Under the pieces are notes generated by a model. That model was not told the origin of the DNA and made no database searches. It was given only the letters and a program-made list of their open reading frames with translations. From NCBI GenBank assembly GCA_963844715.1, contig CAWJPJ010000007.1:1360534-1424533 (forward strand): a stretch of DNA of 64,000 nucleotides, given 5' to 3'. This stretch comes from an uncultured Phycisphaerales bacterium (GTDB lineage: Bacteria; Planctomycetota; Phycisphaerae; Tepidisphaerales; Tepidisphaeraceae). The translations under genes were made by a program, and so were the position numbers. Below, piece after piece: positions 21,254-31,978 of the stretch (the stretch's first letter is position 1; every line of letters starts with the position of its first letter).

Positions 21254-22053
21254 TGAGCATGCGCGGCGATGACGATGCAGGAGACGATCAGGAGGGAGGG
21301 GTCGAAATTGGTTCCGAGGAAGCACCAGCGGAATCCCTCGACCGGGCCAGACATCGGATTAATTTCCAGAAGCCAGCGTTTCCAGGGTTTTGTGACCCTG
21401 TCGAAGGGGATGAACACCGGGGTAACGAACATGCCGAATTGGATGATGAAGGGGATGACGTAGCGGATATCGCGGAATTCGACGTTCATGGCGGAAAACC
21501 AGAGCCCGACGGAAAGGGCGGAAAGAAACGCCATAAGAACAAAGATCGGGAAGAGAAGCATCGTCAGTTGCCAGTGCACGCGGAAAATAACGAGCATGAT
21601 GATCAGGAGCCCGAACCCGACGAGAAAATCGGCCACGGAGACCATCACGGCGGCGATGGGCATGACGAGTCTTGGGAAATAGACCTTCGAGATCAGATTC
21701 TGATTGCTGATCAGGCTGTTGCTGGCGCCGGTGACCGCGGTGGCAAAGAGCTGCCATATCAGGGTTCCGCAGAAAAAGTAGACCTTGGGATTGACGTTAG
21801 CGGGGGCGTTTCCGGAGAAGAATGCCACGAAGGCGATGGTGTAAAGCAGCGGCTGGATGACGGCCCAGGCGGCGCCGAGAACGGTTTGCTTGTAGCGAAC
21901 CTTGACGTCGCGTCCGGCGAGGATGAAGAGCAACTCGCGGTAGGCCCATAATTCGCCGAAATGGATGGGCTGCCATCCCGATCGCGGCTCCAAAATGACC
22001 TTGGATTTGAGGGGGGCGGCGGCGGTTGGCGGGGGTGCGGCGAGCTGGGTCAT
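21198..22053 (-). CDS. ABC-2 polysaccharide export permease (Wzm-like; frameshift near 21262)
   Basis: ELWAYRELL, RDVKVRYKQTVLGAAW, LISKVYFPR; restored C-terminus YFRRMEKTFADLV. Confidence 0.92.
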
Positions 22054-22141
22054 ACTGCACAAAATCCGGTTCCTTCGGGCAAGAGTCTACCGGTGGGTTC
22101 CAGCGAGTTCAAACCAGCGGAAGTTCGATTAAGATCGCGTC

Positions 22142-23840
22142 ATGCCGGCCGCGGAAGACGAATTTCATTATCGGCAGATTCTCAAAGGAGATCCCCATCG
22201 CGCCGACGCGTGGCAAATGCTGGGGGTGACGCTTTTCGGGCAGAACCGCTTTCCCGAGGCCGTCGAGGCGCTGCGGCGGGCGGTGGCCCTCGATCCGAAC
22301 CAGCGGGATCACCAATATAACCTGGGGTTCGTGCTGGCGACGATGGGCGATCGCGCCGGCGCGATTGCGCCGCTGGAAATCGCCGCCCGGCTCGATCCGC
22401 ACGACATCGACGCCCTGACGCAACTGGGGAACGTGCATGTTTCATTGCGCAATTGCGACCAGGCCGCCGATGCGTTCGGACGCGCGGTGGCGCGGCGGCC
22501 GGATTTCGACGATGCGCTGAATAATCTGGCGATGGCGCTGAAGGATTTGGGGCGGCTCAAGGAGACGATGGAATGGTTCGACAAGCTCCTGAAAAGAAAC
22601 CCGCATCACGTCGTCGCGGACAGCAACCGGATTTATTCGATGCTGTTCTTTGAGGAGAATCCGCAGGCGTTGCTGGCGGAGCATCGGATTTGGAATCGCC
22701 GCCACGCCGAACCCCTGGCCGGGGAGATCAAGCCGCACGAAAACGATCGCGATCCCGAGCGAGCCCGGCTGCGGATCGGGTACGTGTCGCCCAATTTCGA
22801 TCGGCATGTGCAGGTGCTTTACACGATCCCGCTGCTTTCGCGGCACGACCACCAGAAATTCGAGATTTTTTGCTACGCGGATGTCCCCCGGCCGGATAGC
22901 TTCACCGCGGAAATCCAGTCTTACGCGGATGTGTGGCGATCAACCGTCGGCATGACGGACTCGCAGGTTGCGGAGATGATCCGGGGGGATCGCATCGACG
23001 TGCTGGTTGATCTGACCATGCACATGTCGCGGGGACGGCCGCTGGTTTTTGCGCGGAAGCCGGCGCCCGTGCAGATTGCGTGGCTGGCATATCCGGGAAC
23101 CAGCGGGTTGACGGCGATCGATTATCGGTTGACTGATCCATATCTCGATCCCCCGGGGGTGGGGGATGAGAATTATTCTGAGAAGTCCATCCGGTTGCCT
23201 GAGACGTTTTGGTGCTTTGATCCGCTGGGGGAGGATCCGACAGTGCAAGCACTGCCGGCTTCGCGGAATGGGTACATTACCTTTGGGTCGTTGAATAATT
23301 TTTGTAAGGTGAATCCGCCGCTGCTGCGGCTTTGGGGGCGGATATTAAATGGGGTACCGCATTCTCGGATGATTGTGCTTGCGCCGGAGGGGTCGGCGCG
23401 GCGGCGGGTGCTTGAAGTGATGGGGATTGCGCAGGAGCGGATCGATTTTGTACCGATCCAGGACCGGCAGAAATATTTGGAGGTTTACCATCGGATCGAC
23501 CTGGGATTGGACACTTATCCATATAACGCGGCATACGACCGGGCTGGACTCGAACTGGATGGGGGTGCCGGTGGTCAGCCTGATGGGGCCGACGGTGGTG
23601 TCGCGGGCGGGGTTCAGCCAGGCGTCGAACCTGGGGCTAACCGAGATGGTTGCCAAGACCCCCCAGGAATATGTTAAAATTGCGATTTCCTGGGCGTCGG
23701 ATTTGCCCCGGCTCGCTACAATGCGAGCGAGCCTCCGGGAACGGATGAAGAAATCGGCGCTGATGGACTGGCGGCGATTTTCGCATAATATCGAGGAAGT
23801 TTACCGCGATTTGTGGCGCCGCTGGTGCGCGGGGAAATAA
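22142..23840 (+). CDS. TPR-containing O-GlcNAc transferase-like (SPINDLY/GT41) protein (frameshift near 23528)
   Basis: N-terminal TPRs; LRIGYVSP, KPAPVQIAWLAYPGT, TFGSLNNFCK, DLGLDTYPYN, WMGVPVV. Confidence 0.92.
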
Positions 23841-23842
23841 CT

Positions 23843-24380
23843 ATGGGAACAACTACGGGGGCACGAGTGACAAGCGGATCGATGAAGCTGTCTTTCAATT
23901 GTCCCAAGTGCCGAAAGCGTTGGACGTGGAAGCCGGAGATCGCCGGCAAGAAGGTCAAATGCCAGTGCGGCAACGTTTTTGCCGTTCCGAAGGAGGCGCC
24001 GGCGCCGACTCCCGTCGTCAAGAGCGTGCCTGCCCTCGCTCCCGCGCGATCTGACCCGCCTGCCGGTGCGCAGATCGCGTCGATGACGCCGGGCGTCAAG
24101 CCGCCGAAAAAGGATGAATCGCTTTATGGCGTCGCTCCCACCGATGAAAAGCCGGTGGTTCGTCCGAAGCCGCTGGTTGTCGAAGAGGAGGAGCCCGCCG
24201 GCAAGAAAAAGAAACCGGTTGGGAAAATTTTTGGTCATCAATCCAAGCGCTCCGCCGCGGCCGCCGCGGAGAAGAGGGTGGCAGGAGAGCAAGAACAAGA
24301 TCAAGCTGATCCTGGGCGGGATTTTGCTGCTCATTGGCCTGGCGGTGATCGCCTGGGACCTGGGTTGGATCAAGGTGTAG
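23843..24380 (+). CDS. Zn-ribbon protein with Pro-rich linker and C-terminal TM helix (frameshift near 24248)
   Basis: CPKC...AGKKVKCQCG; alternate frame supplies LILGGILLLIGLAVIAW. Confidence 0.7.
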
Positions 24381-27283
24381 CGGGGGCGGACCAGTCGGGA
24401 AGCACTTCTTTTCGCAGGGATTCAAACTTCGCGTGCCACTTGGGGCCGCCGGTTCCGTCGCGCCAGATCAGATATAAAACCTTGAGCGATTGCTGGACCT
24501 GCGTGATGGGGGTCTGGGGATCGCCGGATTTGGCCAGCTCGTTCATGCAATCGAGAAGCTTGTATGTCGCTTCCCAGTATTGCTCGTTATCTTCCCCGAG
24601 TTTTTGATCCTGAATGAGTTCGCCGAGCGTTTGCTTGACGGTCTGGCAGTCGCCCAGGTCCCAGGCGGTCAGGCCGATGCCGAGCGTCACGAGGGGATCG
24701 GTCGCATCGGGATTGGCGGCCGCGCCGCCGTCCAAACCGGCGCGATACATCGCGACGCCTTGGGTGGATTGCAAATCCTGATAGAGGGCCAGCACATCGG
24801 CTAATTGTTTCTTCCGGGTCTGGGGATCGGTTTGCAATTCGGCGGCAAGGCGCTTGGAGTCGGCGTCGAAACGGCGATAGGTGTAGAGATGGATGTGAAT
24901 GCCGGGATCGGTGCTGTCGTTGGCCCATTGAACGAGATATCCGCTAAGCATGGCGCGATTCGCCGCGAGCTGGCGGATCGAGCGCTGGGCGGCGCGCTGC
25001 TCGTCCAAGTCCCCGGCGGCGGCGGCGGCATCGGATTCGGCGCGGCGCCTTGTCCAGGTCGCGATTGAGAACGGTGAGCAGATCGTGCACGGTTTGGGCC
25101 CCTTCGCCCCCGCCGGTGGCGTTGAGGTATTGGACGAGGGTCATGGTGGCGTCGTGATTCCGGCCAAGCTGCATATAGGATTGCACGCGGAGGAAGAGCG
25201 CGCCGTTGAGCAGGGCCGCGGCGTCCGGCAAGCCGCGGACGCGATCCTCAAAACCGTTCAGGAGATCGAGGACTCGCTGGGGATCGTGCTCGTCGATGCG
25301 GGTGACGTCGGCGGCCAGAAGGGCGGTTCGGGCCAGCGTCGAGCGGGCGCGGGTTTTGTCGGGATCGGATTCCGAGCTGTCCTCGATTTCGGCGGCGAGC
25401 ACGCGCACGTTTTGGGCCAGGTCCTCGATTTTGTCGGCGCGGCGCCGGCGCTGGGCGTCGGTGAGCCCCGCCTCTTCGTCGAGTTTATTTTTAAGGGCCA
25501 CCATTTCCCCATAGCGGGCGGCGAGGAGCTGATCCGGCGGATCGGAATCCGGGGTCATCTCGTAAAACTTCGCCGCCTCATCCCAGTGGCCTTGCGCTAA
25601 AAGACTGGCGGCGTATTGAGGAGCAAATTCCTTGCGATTGAAGGGGGGATTGATGGCGATTGGGAGAAAGCGATCCTGCAATCTTTCGACGCGCGGATCG
25701 AGCCTTCCGTGGGCATCGACGGGGAGCGACTGGCGAAGATCGGCGATGATGCCGCGGGCGCGGTCGAGGGCGAAATCGAGCTTCGCCGCCGCGACCAGAG
25801 CCGGGGAATCCATCTTTTGGAAGCGCTGGATATGGTCCATGAGCGCATCGGCCGCCTCAAATTTATCGCCCAGGAATTCATCGAAAATTCCGCTCATAAG
25901 AGAGGGGTCAACCGCCTGTTCCGGCGGGATTTTTCCGGCCTGGTAGCGCACCAGCAATTCCTTCGCGGCGGCCAGCCCCTGACGAAGCGCGGCAGTTTGA
26001 TCCGCATCCAGTGACTGGTCGGCGCCGATTTCTCCGGCGGCGATTACCTTTTGCTTGCCCTGATCGACGAGAGACAGAAGAACCAGAGTGGGGAGGGTCG
26101 CCGGATCGGCATCGGGATTCACGCGCAGGGAAAGCTGCTGGTAAATCACCGAGCGAAGGCTGGGAAAATCGCTGACGAGTTGGGTGAGTGCCGACATGGC
26201 CGCGGCGTCGGCGGCGGGCTTGGCGTCGCCGGTGGCCTGATCGGCTTTGAGGGCCAGCAGTCGATAGTTGAGCAAATGCAGCGTGGCGGCCTGTTCGGCG
26301 TCGTTGGCGAAATGGGCTTGCTCGTCGGCGGTGGCGTCGGCCAAAGCCGATTGCGCGGCGTCGGCGTCTCCGGATTGCAATGCCGCCAGCACCAGAAAAC
26401 ATCGTGCCTCGAATTGCAGCGCGGCGGAGGGGGTCGGTGTCGGTTTGTCGTCGCCGGTGCTCAGGAGGGAACTGAGCAATTGCGTGCCTGCCGTGATGTC
26501 GGATTGCGTTCCGCGCAGGAGATGCAGCTTGGCGAGCAGGAACCGGGCCTGCGGCTGGATGCCGGAATCGGGCGTGTCCCACTGAGTAAAAGCGGCGGTG
26601 GCCTGGTCGATCTGCTTGCTCAAACGCGGATCGGCGGGGTCGAGTGAGAGGGCGAACGCGTATTGCATTCGCGCGGTTTGATAAGCCGCGGACCCGGCCA
26701 GATCGTTCATCTTGCGCCAGTCTTCGGCGACGGGGTCGTCCGGGCGGGTGATGCGATTGGCCAGATCAGTCGCCTGGTCGGTGGCGAATTTAGTGGCGGC
26801 GCCGAACGTCGCGCACGCCGCCTCGGCGATGGGGCGGAGAATTCCCTTTCCCTCGTCGCTTGTGCCCCAGTATTCGAGAACGGCGGTCTGGTCATCGACG
26901 CCGTGGGCGGCGAGCTGCTGCCCGAGTTGCATGAGCAGATTCGGATCGGTGAGCTGCGAGATGTTTTTTAGAAGATCGGGGGCGGCGCGCTGAATTTGAT
27001 CGAGGCGATCTTCGCGCGAAAGTTCGGCGTCCGTCGCGGCGTGATTGACGTGCTCGACGGCGAGGTAAAAAGTCTGCCGATCCGGCTGAAGGCCGTCCAC
27101 ATCGAACGCCTGCCTGAGCGCCGCGTCGTTGTCCTGATCGGCCAGGCCGACGAGGCGCTGCTGCTCGGCGACTTCCACGGGAGGCGAGGACTGAGTCGCG
27201 GGTTCGCTCTGCGCGAATAGCGGCCCCGCCGGAAGGAGGGAAACCGCAATAAAGAGAATAATCCGCCGATTCAGTGAGTTCAT
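24370..27283 (-). CDS. Large exported alpha-helical (TPR-like) protein, about 970 aa (frameshift near 25045)
   Basis: Signal peptide MNSLNRRIILFIAVSLLPAGPLFAQ; joined ORFs 24944-27283 and 24370-25008. Confidence 0.8.
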
Positions 27284-27759
27284 TCATTCACGCCGAAGCC
27301 GATTTTCTTGAATCCCGCGTCCTGGGCGGCGTCCATGACTGTGATCAGATTGTCCAGACTCACGGTCGAAGCCGGGTCGATGATTACGCGGATGTCCTGC
27401 ACGGAGATTCCGGCGGCGACGAAATTCTTAAGCTGATCGGATAGATCATCGCGCAGGGTTTTGTACGCCGCGATGGGATCCTTGCTCTTCACGGAGGCGA
27501 AGTTCCCCGCCTTGGCGATGTAATACTTTCCTTCCTCGGAGACCTTGATGGTGAATTGGGTCGGGACGGGGCCGTTGGGAGCCTGGACTGCGCCGGCGCC
27601 TTTGACCTCGAGCGGGACATCGCTGATGAGGTAGTGCTCCGCCGCGCCGAACGAGCCGGTCATCATCAGGAAGATGAGGATGACGAGCACGACGTCGACC
27701 ATGGGGGTCATGTTCGGGCCGGACTCATAGTGAATTTTTCTCGAGCCTGGGATTTTCAT
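27280..27759 (-). CDS. exbD: ExbD/TolR-family protein
   Basis: PNMTPMVDVVLVILIFLM; VMDAAQDAGFKKIGF. Confidence 0.92.
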   Translation of the reverse strand: MKIPGSRKIHYESGPNMTPMVDVVLVILIFLMMTGSFGAAEHYLISDVPLEVKGAGAVQAPNGPVPTQFTIKVSEEGKYYIAKAGNFASVKSKDPIAAYKTLRDDLSDQLKNFVAAGISVQDIRVIIDPASTVSLDNLITVMDAAQDAGFKKIGFGVNE

Positions 27760-27763
27760 GTGT

Positions 27764-28267
27764 CTAATCCGGTTTCTTGGTGTCGAAGGCGAAAGATTTC
27801 ACGTGCGCCAGATTGCATTCCAGGAGCACGGGGGCGAGGAACTGGTAGGTCAGGGTTTTGTCGCCGCGGATGATGACCTTGAAGTCGGGATTGGGCGGCA
27901 AGCCGCGCGACGGGTCGCCCATGCGGATGTAAATCAGCGTGTCGCGCAGGGGCGTTTGCATCGTTCCTTCCATTTCCTGGCGGAGCTTCAACTCCGTCAT
28001 GTGGCCTTTAACGAGGGCGGTGATGATCGGCTGGGCGCCGGTCACGCCGGTGGGCCCGTTGATGACATTCAGGGTCAGGGTGTTGCCCATGTCCTTGATG
28101 TCGGTGCCGAGGAAGCTGGTGGGAATGTCGATGGTTTTATCGATTCCGGTATTGATACCGATTTTCGCCACGAGCATGAAGAAAACGATCATGCACATGA
28201 CGATGTCGATGAGGGGCGTGACGTTCACGCTGCCTTCGGCGATATGGGGCATGCGACGCATGCGCAT
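27764..28267 (-). CDS. exbD: ExbD/TolR-family protein
   Basis: VNVTPLIDIVMCMIVFFM; VIIRGDK. Confidence 0.92.
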   Translation of the reverse strand: MRMRRMPHIAEGSVNVTPLIDIVMCMIVFFMLVAKIGINTGIDKTIDIPTSFLGTDIKDMGNTLTLNVINGPTGVTGAQPIITALVKGHMTELKLRQEMEGTMQTPLRDTLIYIRMGDPSRGLPPNPDFKVIIRGDKTLTYQFLAPVLLECNLAHVKSFAFDTKKPD

Positions 28268-28306
28268 TGGACGCCTCCGATCAAGCGGGGAGGAAAAAGA
28301 TCGACC

Positions 28307-29113
28307 TTACGCGCGCGGCGGAATGATGGGCGCGCCCAGCGACTGCCGGGGCGGCGTCTGCCGCGCCTCGGCGGGCTTGATCATGAGGAGCAGTTCCTCG
28401 GCGACCAGGGCGCCGCGAACGGTGAGCCGGTCCACGACCGTCCGCAAGACGCCGAACGCCGCCAGACACGGGACCGCCAGCATCAAGCCAAGCAGAGTAT
28501 GGCAGAGGGCCTTGGAGATGCCGCCGGCGAGGGAGGCCGGGTTGGCCTGCCCGCCCTGGGCTTCCATGGTGCTGAAGGCGTCGATCATGCCGAGCACGGT
28601 GCCTAGCAGGCCGAGCAGCGGCCCGAGGTTGCCGATGATGTTGAGATATTCGATTTTGCGGAATTGCTCGGCGGTTTGCTCGCCGATGGCGGTCTCCATC
28701 GCTTCCTTCATGCTGTTGAAGCTGGGAGCGCGCTTGAGGGCGGGATTGAGGGCTTTGCTGACGAAGCTGGGATCGGTCTCAGTGAAATCGAGCAGCTCCT
28801 GAAAGCGGCGCTGCGAGATCATGTCGCGGATGAGTTCGGTGGTGCGGATCGGCATGAAGACCGATTCGCGATTCTTGATCACGCCCTGGATGATGAGGGT
28901 CAATCCGATCACGGAGAGGGCGAAGATGACCCAGAAGACGGGATCGAGATTATTCATCACCAGGGTGATGACCCCTGGTTTTGCGACGACCTGCTGCGGC
29001 TGCCCGATGGGGGTTTGCGCCTGGGTGGGGCCGGAGAGCAGGAAGATTGCTCCTCCTATCAGGACGACGAAAAGCGCCAGGCGGAGCCTGGAGTTTGAGT
29101 AAGGCTTGGACAT
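28307..29113 (-). CDS. exbB: MotA/TolQ/ExbB proton channel family protein
   Basis: GPLLGLLGTVLGMIDAF...LAGGISKAL..TLLGL.LAVP. Confidence 0.93.
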   Translation of the reverse strand: MSKPYSNSRLRLALFVVLIGGAIFLLSGPTQAQTPIGQPQQVVAKPGVITLVMNNLDPVFWVIFALSVIGLTLIIQGVIKNRESVFMPIRTTELIRDMISQRRFQELLDFTETDPSFVSKALNPALKRAPSFNSMKEAMETAIGEQTAEQFRKIEYLNIIGNLGPLLGLLGTVLGMIDAFSTMEAQGGQANPASLAGGISKALCHTLLGLMLAVPCLAAFGVLRTVVDRLTVRGALVAEELLLMIKPAEARQTPPRQSLGAPIIPPRA

Positions 29114-29181
29114 GGGAAGATCCTTCTCTCCCGAGGGAGAGCCATTCCGGGGGGAGCCGCCACGCCGTCCGCATCCATCGG

Positions 29182-29248
29182 CCGGGGACATTGCCCTCGC
29201 AACGCCGACGGATTTTGACCCAAGACCGGGGACACTGCCCTCGCAACG
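29182..29248. repeat. 23-bp direct repeat, 2 copies, 44-bp period, upstream of exbB
   Basis: ccggggacaYtgccctcgcaacg at 29182-29204 and 29226-29248. Confidence 0.8.
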
Positions 29249-29371
29249 TCTCGAGCCCGCCAGACTGGCATGAATTCAGCAACCATCAAACGACCCGGAT
29301 TCGTTCCCGGCCCGATGCGTGGCTGGAGCCGATCTCGCTGCCTACGCTCGATGCCGGGCGGAAAAGCTTGT

Positions 29372-30409
29372 TTAGAAATCGTCGCAATAGAACTTCTTAT
29401 ACACCCCGCCGTTCTGTGTGGCGATATCGGTCATGGTCTGCTCGAAGTCCTTATAAGTATCTTTCTCGGCCTTGCTCCCCAAAAGAAGGATCGTGTTGAC
29501 GTGGACTTTCTTGTCGGCGTTCAGTTCATTGATCTTGGCCAGGACGACGGAGCCGTCGGGATCGTCGAAATCGCCGTCGGTGAGCAGGAAGATCAACTGC
29601 GGCTGTTCGGCAAAGGCTTCCTGCAGCGCGGGGATCGGATTGGTGGTGCCGCGAAACGACAGGGTCTGATCGAGGAAGTTGAAGAGGAGGGTTTTGTTGT
29701 TCGGCGTCGCCATGGCGATGTTCTGATTGATCGCCAGGAAATGCGAGTCGGGATTTTCCTGAAAGATCAGCACGTTAAACGCCTGGATCGGGGCGAGATT
29801 TGCGACGGCATTTTTCAGCTCGGCCTTGAGAACGTATTCCTTGATGCCGACCAGCGAACCGGAACCATCGCAGACATAGACGATCCGGCCGACGTTTCCG
29901 CCGTGGCCGAAGATGCGGCTCTTGGGGGCGATTCCGCCGCCGCCGCCGCGCGGGCCGAAGGCGGCCATGTCATTGCTCGAAGCGAGCGCTCCGAGCGAAG
30001 CCAGGCTCGTGCCTGCTCCGAGCGCATCGGGATTCTCCATCGGATTGCTCTTGAGCGTCTCGGCCAGATCCTCGCTCTTTCGCAGGGCCCAGGATTTTGA
30101 ATCGTTCTGGTTCGGATCATTGTCCTGGGCGGCTTCGCGCGTCGGGTCGCCCCCGATGCCGGGGTTGGGAATCCCGCCGGCGTGGCCGTCGTCGGCCAGG
30201 GACGTATCCGGGACGATTACCTGTTCCTTGCTCACCTCGCGCGCGGCGCGGATGACCAGAGGCGGCAGAAAGATCAGCGCCGCCAGCAATATGGTGATGT
30301 GAAGTCCGAGAGAGGTGACCCACGGCAGCAAGCTCTGTACGGCAGGGCGTTGCCAGAAGGAGATCCGCGGCTCGTACCGCCGATCGGGAATATCGTTGGC
30401 CACACTCAT
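29372..30409 (-). CDS. Membrane-anchored von Willebrand factor A domain protein
   Basis: TM with SLGLH motif, Gly-rich linker, MIDAS elements VCDGSGS / GTT / LLTDG. Confidence 0.88.
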   Translation of the reverse strand: MSVANDIPDRRYEPRISFWQRPAVQSLLPWVTSLGLHITILLAALIFLPPLVIRAAREVSKEQVIVPDTSLADDGHAGGIPNPGIGGDPTREAAQDNDPNQNDSKSWALRKSEDLAETLKSNPMENPDALGAGTSLASLGALASSNDMAAFGPRGGGGGIAPKSRIFGHGGNVGRIVYVCDGSGSLVGIKEYVLKAELKNAVANLAPIQAFNVLIFQENPDSHFLAINQNIAMATPNNKTLLFNFLDQTLSFRGTTNPIPALQEAFAEQPQLIFLLTDGDFDDPDGSVVLAKINELNADKKVHVNTILLLGSKAEKDTYKDFEQTMTDIATQNGGVYKKFYCDDF

Positions 30410-30748
30410 GGCTTACACGCGATTATAAGGCGCGGACCGACCATACGGCGCTGGAATGCATATATATCGACTGGAAAGGATGATAGCTTGCGAATCGAGA
30501 CAGGGGAGCGCCGAACCGGCCAATATTGCCTGCCCCCGAAGGGGAATGTGGGGTTCGGCGGGACCTGCGCCCCTTACCGCGGCAGCCTATTTGCGCGGTT
30601 CCCGATCTGATAGACTTGGCCCGCAAAATGATCCGTGGGAGCGGGCAAGGGATGCGCGTCTCCGGTGTCTGGCCGACGATGAAGTGGAGCCGAGCCCCTT
30701 GGCGCGGTTGACTCGGCAGCGCGGGCCATTCGACAGCGTGGGCGAACA

Positions 30749-31501
30749 ATGTCCTCCGGAAAGAATTTACCCGCGTTTCTATATCGGCGTCTGTCGCGGC
30801 TGGCGACGTGCGAGTTCCGCCTCGACGACGCTGCGCGCTTGCGGATGCGCACAAAGTATGACATCGGGAGCTTTGCGGATGTATTCATCAATCCGTTTTA
30901 TTGGCAGCTTTTTCATTTGATGCCTCGAGCGCCCAGGCAGGTGATTGATTGCGGCGCGCATTGCGGGCATTTTTCGGTGCTCGCGGATCGCTGCATTCGG
31001 GCCCGGTTCCCCGACGCGCAGCCGCGATTTGTGCTGATTGAGCCTAATCCGCGGCTGCAAACCACTATTTGCGGGAATTTGGCCGATGCGGGAATTGCCG
31101 AGCGAGCTGAGGTCCATCGGGTATTGCTCGGTTCCACCGAGGGAACTGGAACGCTCTGGGTGAACACAAAAAACTATCTTGCCTCGCGGATCGAACCGTT
31201 CGATGGAGCAACTCCTTATGAGGTGCCTTTCAGGACTCTGGCATCCATTCTGAATAACCGCGACGCCGACGTGTTGAAGATCGACATTGAAGGGGCGGAA
31301 TTTGAGCTGGTTCGAACGCAGCTTGCGACGTTTGCGCGCGTCGGCCTGCTGATGATGGAAGTTCATGGAAGCGATTCGGAATGCGATGGACTATTGAAGC
31401 AATTAAAGGAAGTCGGGCTCGAACTGTGCTTAAGCCCGATCGAGCACACCGGCTTCAAATTGCTCGCTTTGGCGCGACGACCTGTTGGCACTGCCCCGTA
31501 G
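30749..31501 (+). CDS. FkbM-family methyltransferase
   Basis: VIDCGAHCGHFS, IEPNP, LKIDIEGAE, MEVH. Confidence 0.9.
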   Translation: MSSGKNLPAFLYRRLSRLATCEFRLDDAARLRMRTKYDIGSFADVFINPFYWQLFHLMPRAPRQVIDCGAHCGHFSVLADRCIRARFPDAQPRFVLIEPNPRLQTTICGNLADAGIAERAEVHRVLLGSTEGTGTLWVNTKNYLASRIEPFDGATPYEVPFRTLASILNNRDADVLKIDIEGAEFELVRTQLATFARVGLLMMEVHGSDSECDGLLKQLKEVGLELCLSPIEHTGFKLLALARRPVGTAP

Positions 31502-31507
31502 CGGAAC

Positions 31508-31951
31508 TTACGGCCCGGTCTCGAATTCCTTCAGCTTTTCAACGCGGCGAATGTGCCGGCCCTCGCCGAAAGGGGTGGTAAGGAAAATCTCCACGATCTG
31601 GCGGATTTGATCGTCGCTGAGTAAATCGGTTCCGAGGCACAGCACATTGCAGTGGTTGTGCTCGCGGGCTCGCCGGGCGGTGACCTCATCGTGGACCAGC
31701 CCGGCGCGCACGCCGCGGACTTTATTGGCGGCGACGGACATGCCGATTCCTGACCCGTCGAGGAGAATGCCCATTTCGCTGGTTCCCTTGGCGACCGCGC
31801 GGGCGACGGGGAGGGCGAAGTCTGGGTAATCCACGGCGGCGGTCGACTCGCAGCCAAAGTCCTCGACCTCGTGCCCCTGGCGCTTGAGATGGGGAATAAG
31901 CTTTCGCTTGGCTTCGTAGCCGCGATGATCGCTTGCGACCGCAAGTTTCAT
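31508..31951 (-). CDS. rpiB: Ribose-5-phosphate isomerase B
   Basis: ASDHRG, DYPDFA, GSGIGMSVAANK, AREHN, GRHIRRV. Confidence 0.96.
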   Translation of the reverse strand: MKLAVASDHRGYEAKRKLIPHLKRQGHEVEDFGCESTAAVDYPDFALPVARAVAKGTSEMGILLDGSGIGMSVAANKVRGVRAGLVHDEVTARRAREHNHCNVLCLGTDLLSDDQIRQIVEIFLTTPFGEGRHIRRVEKLKEFETGP

Positions 31952-31978
31952 TCAACCTCCGACCCGAAAAAAACAACT

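Noticed and set aside
29182..29248. Mini-CRISPR
   Set aside because: Two copies only, a 21-nt spacer and no cas genes; kept as a possible regulatory repeat.
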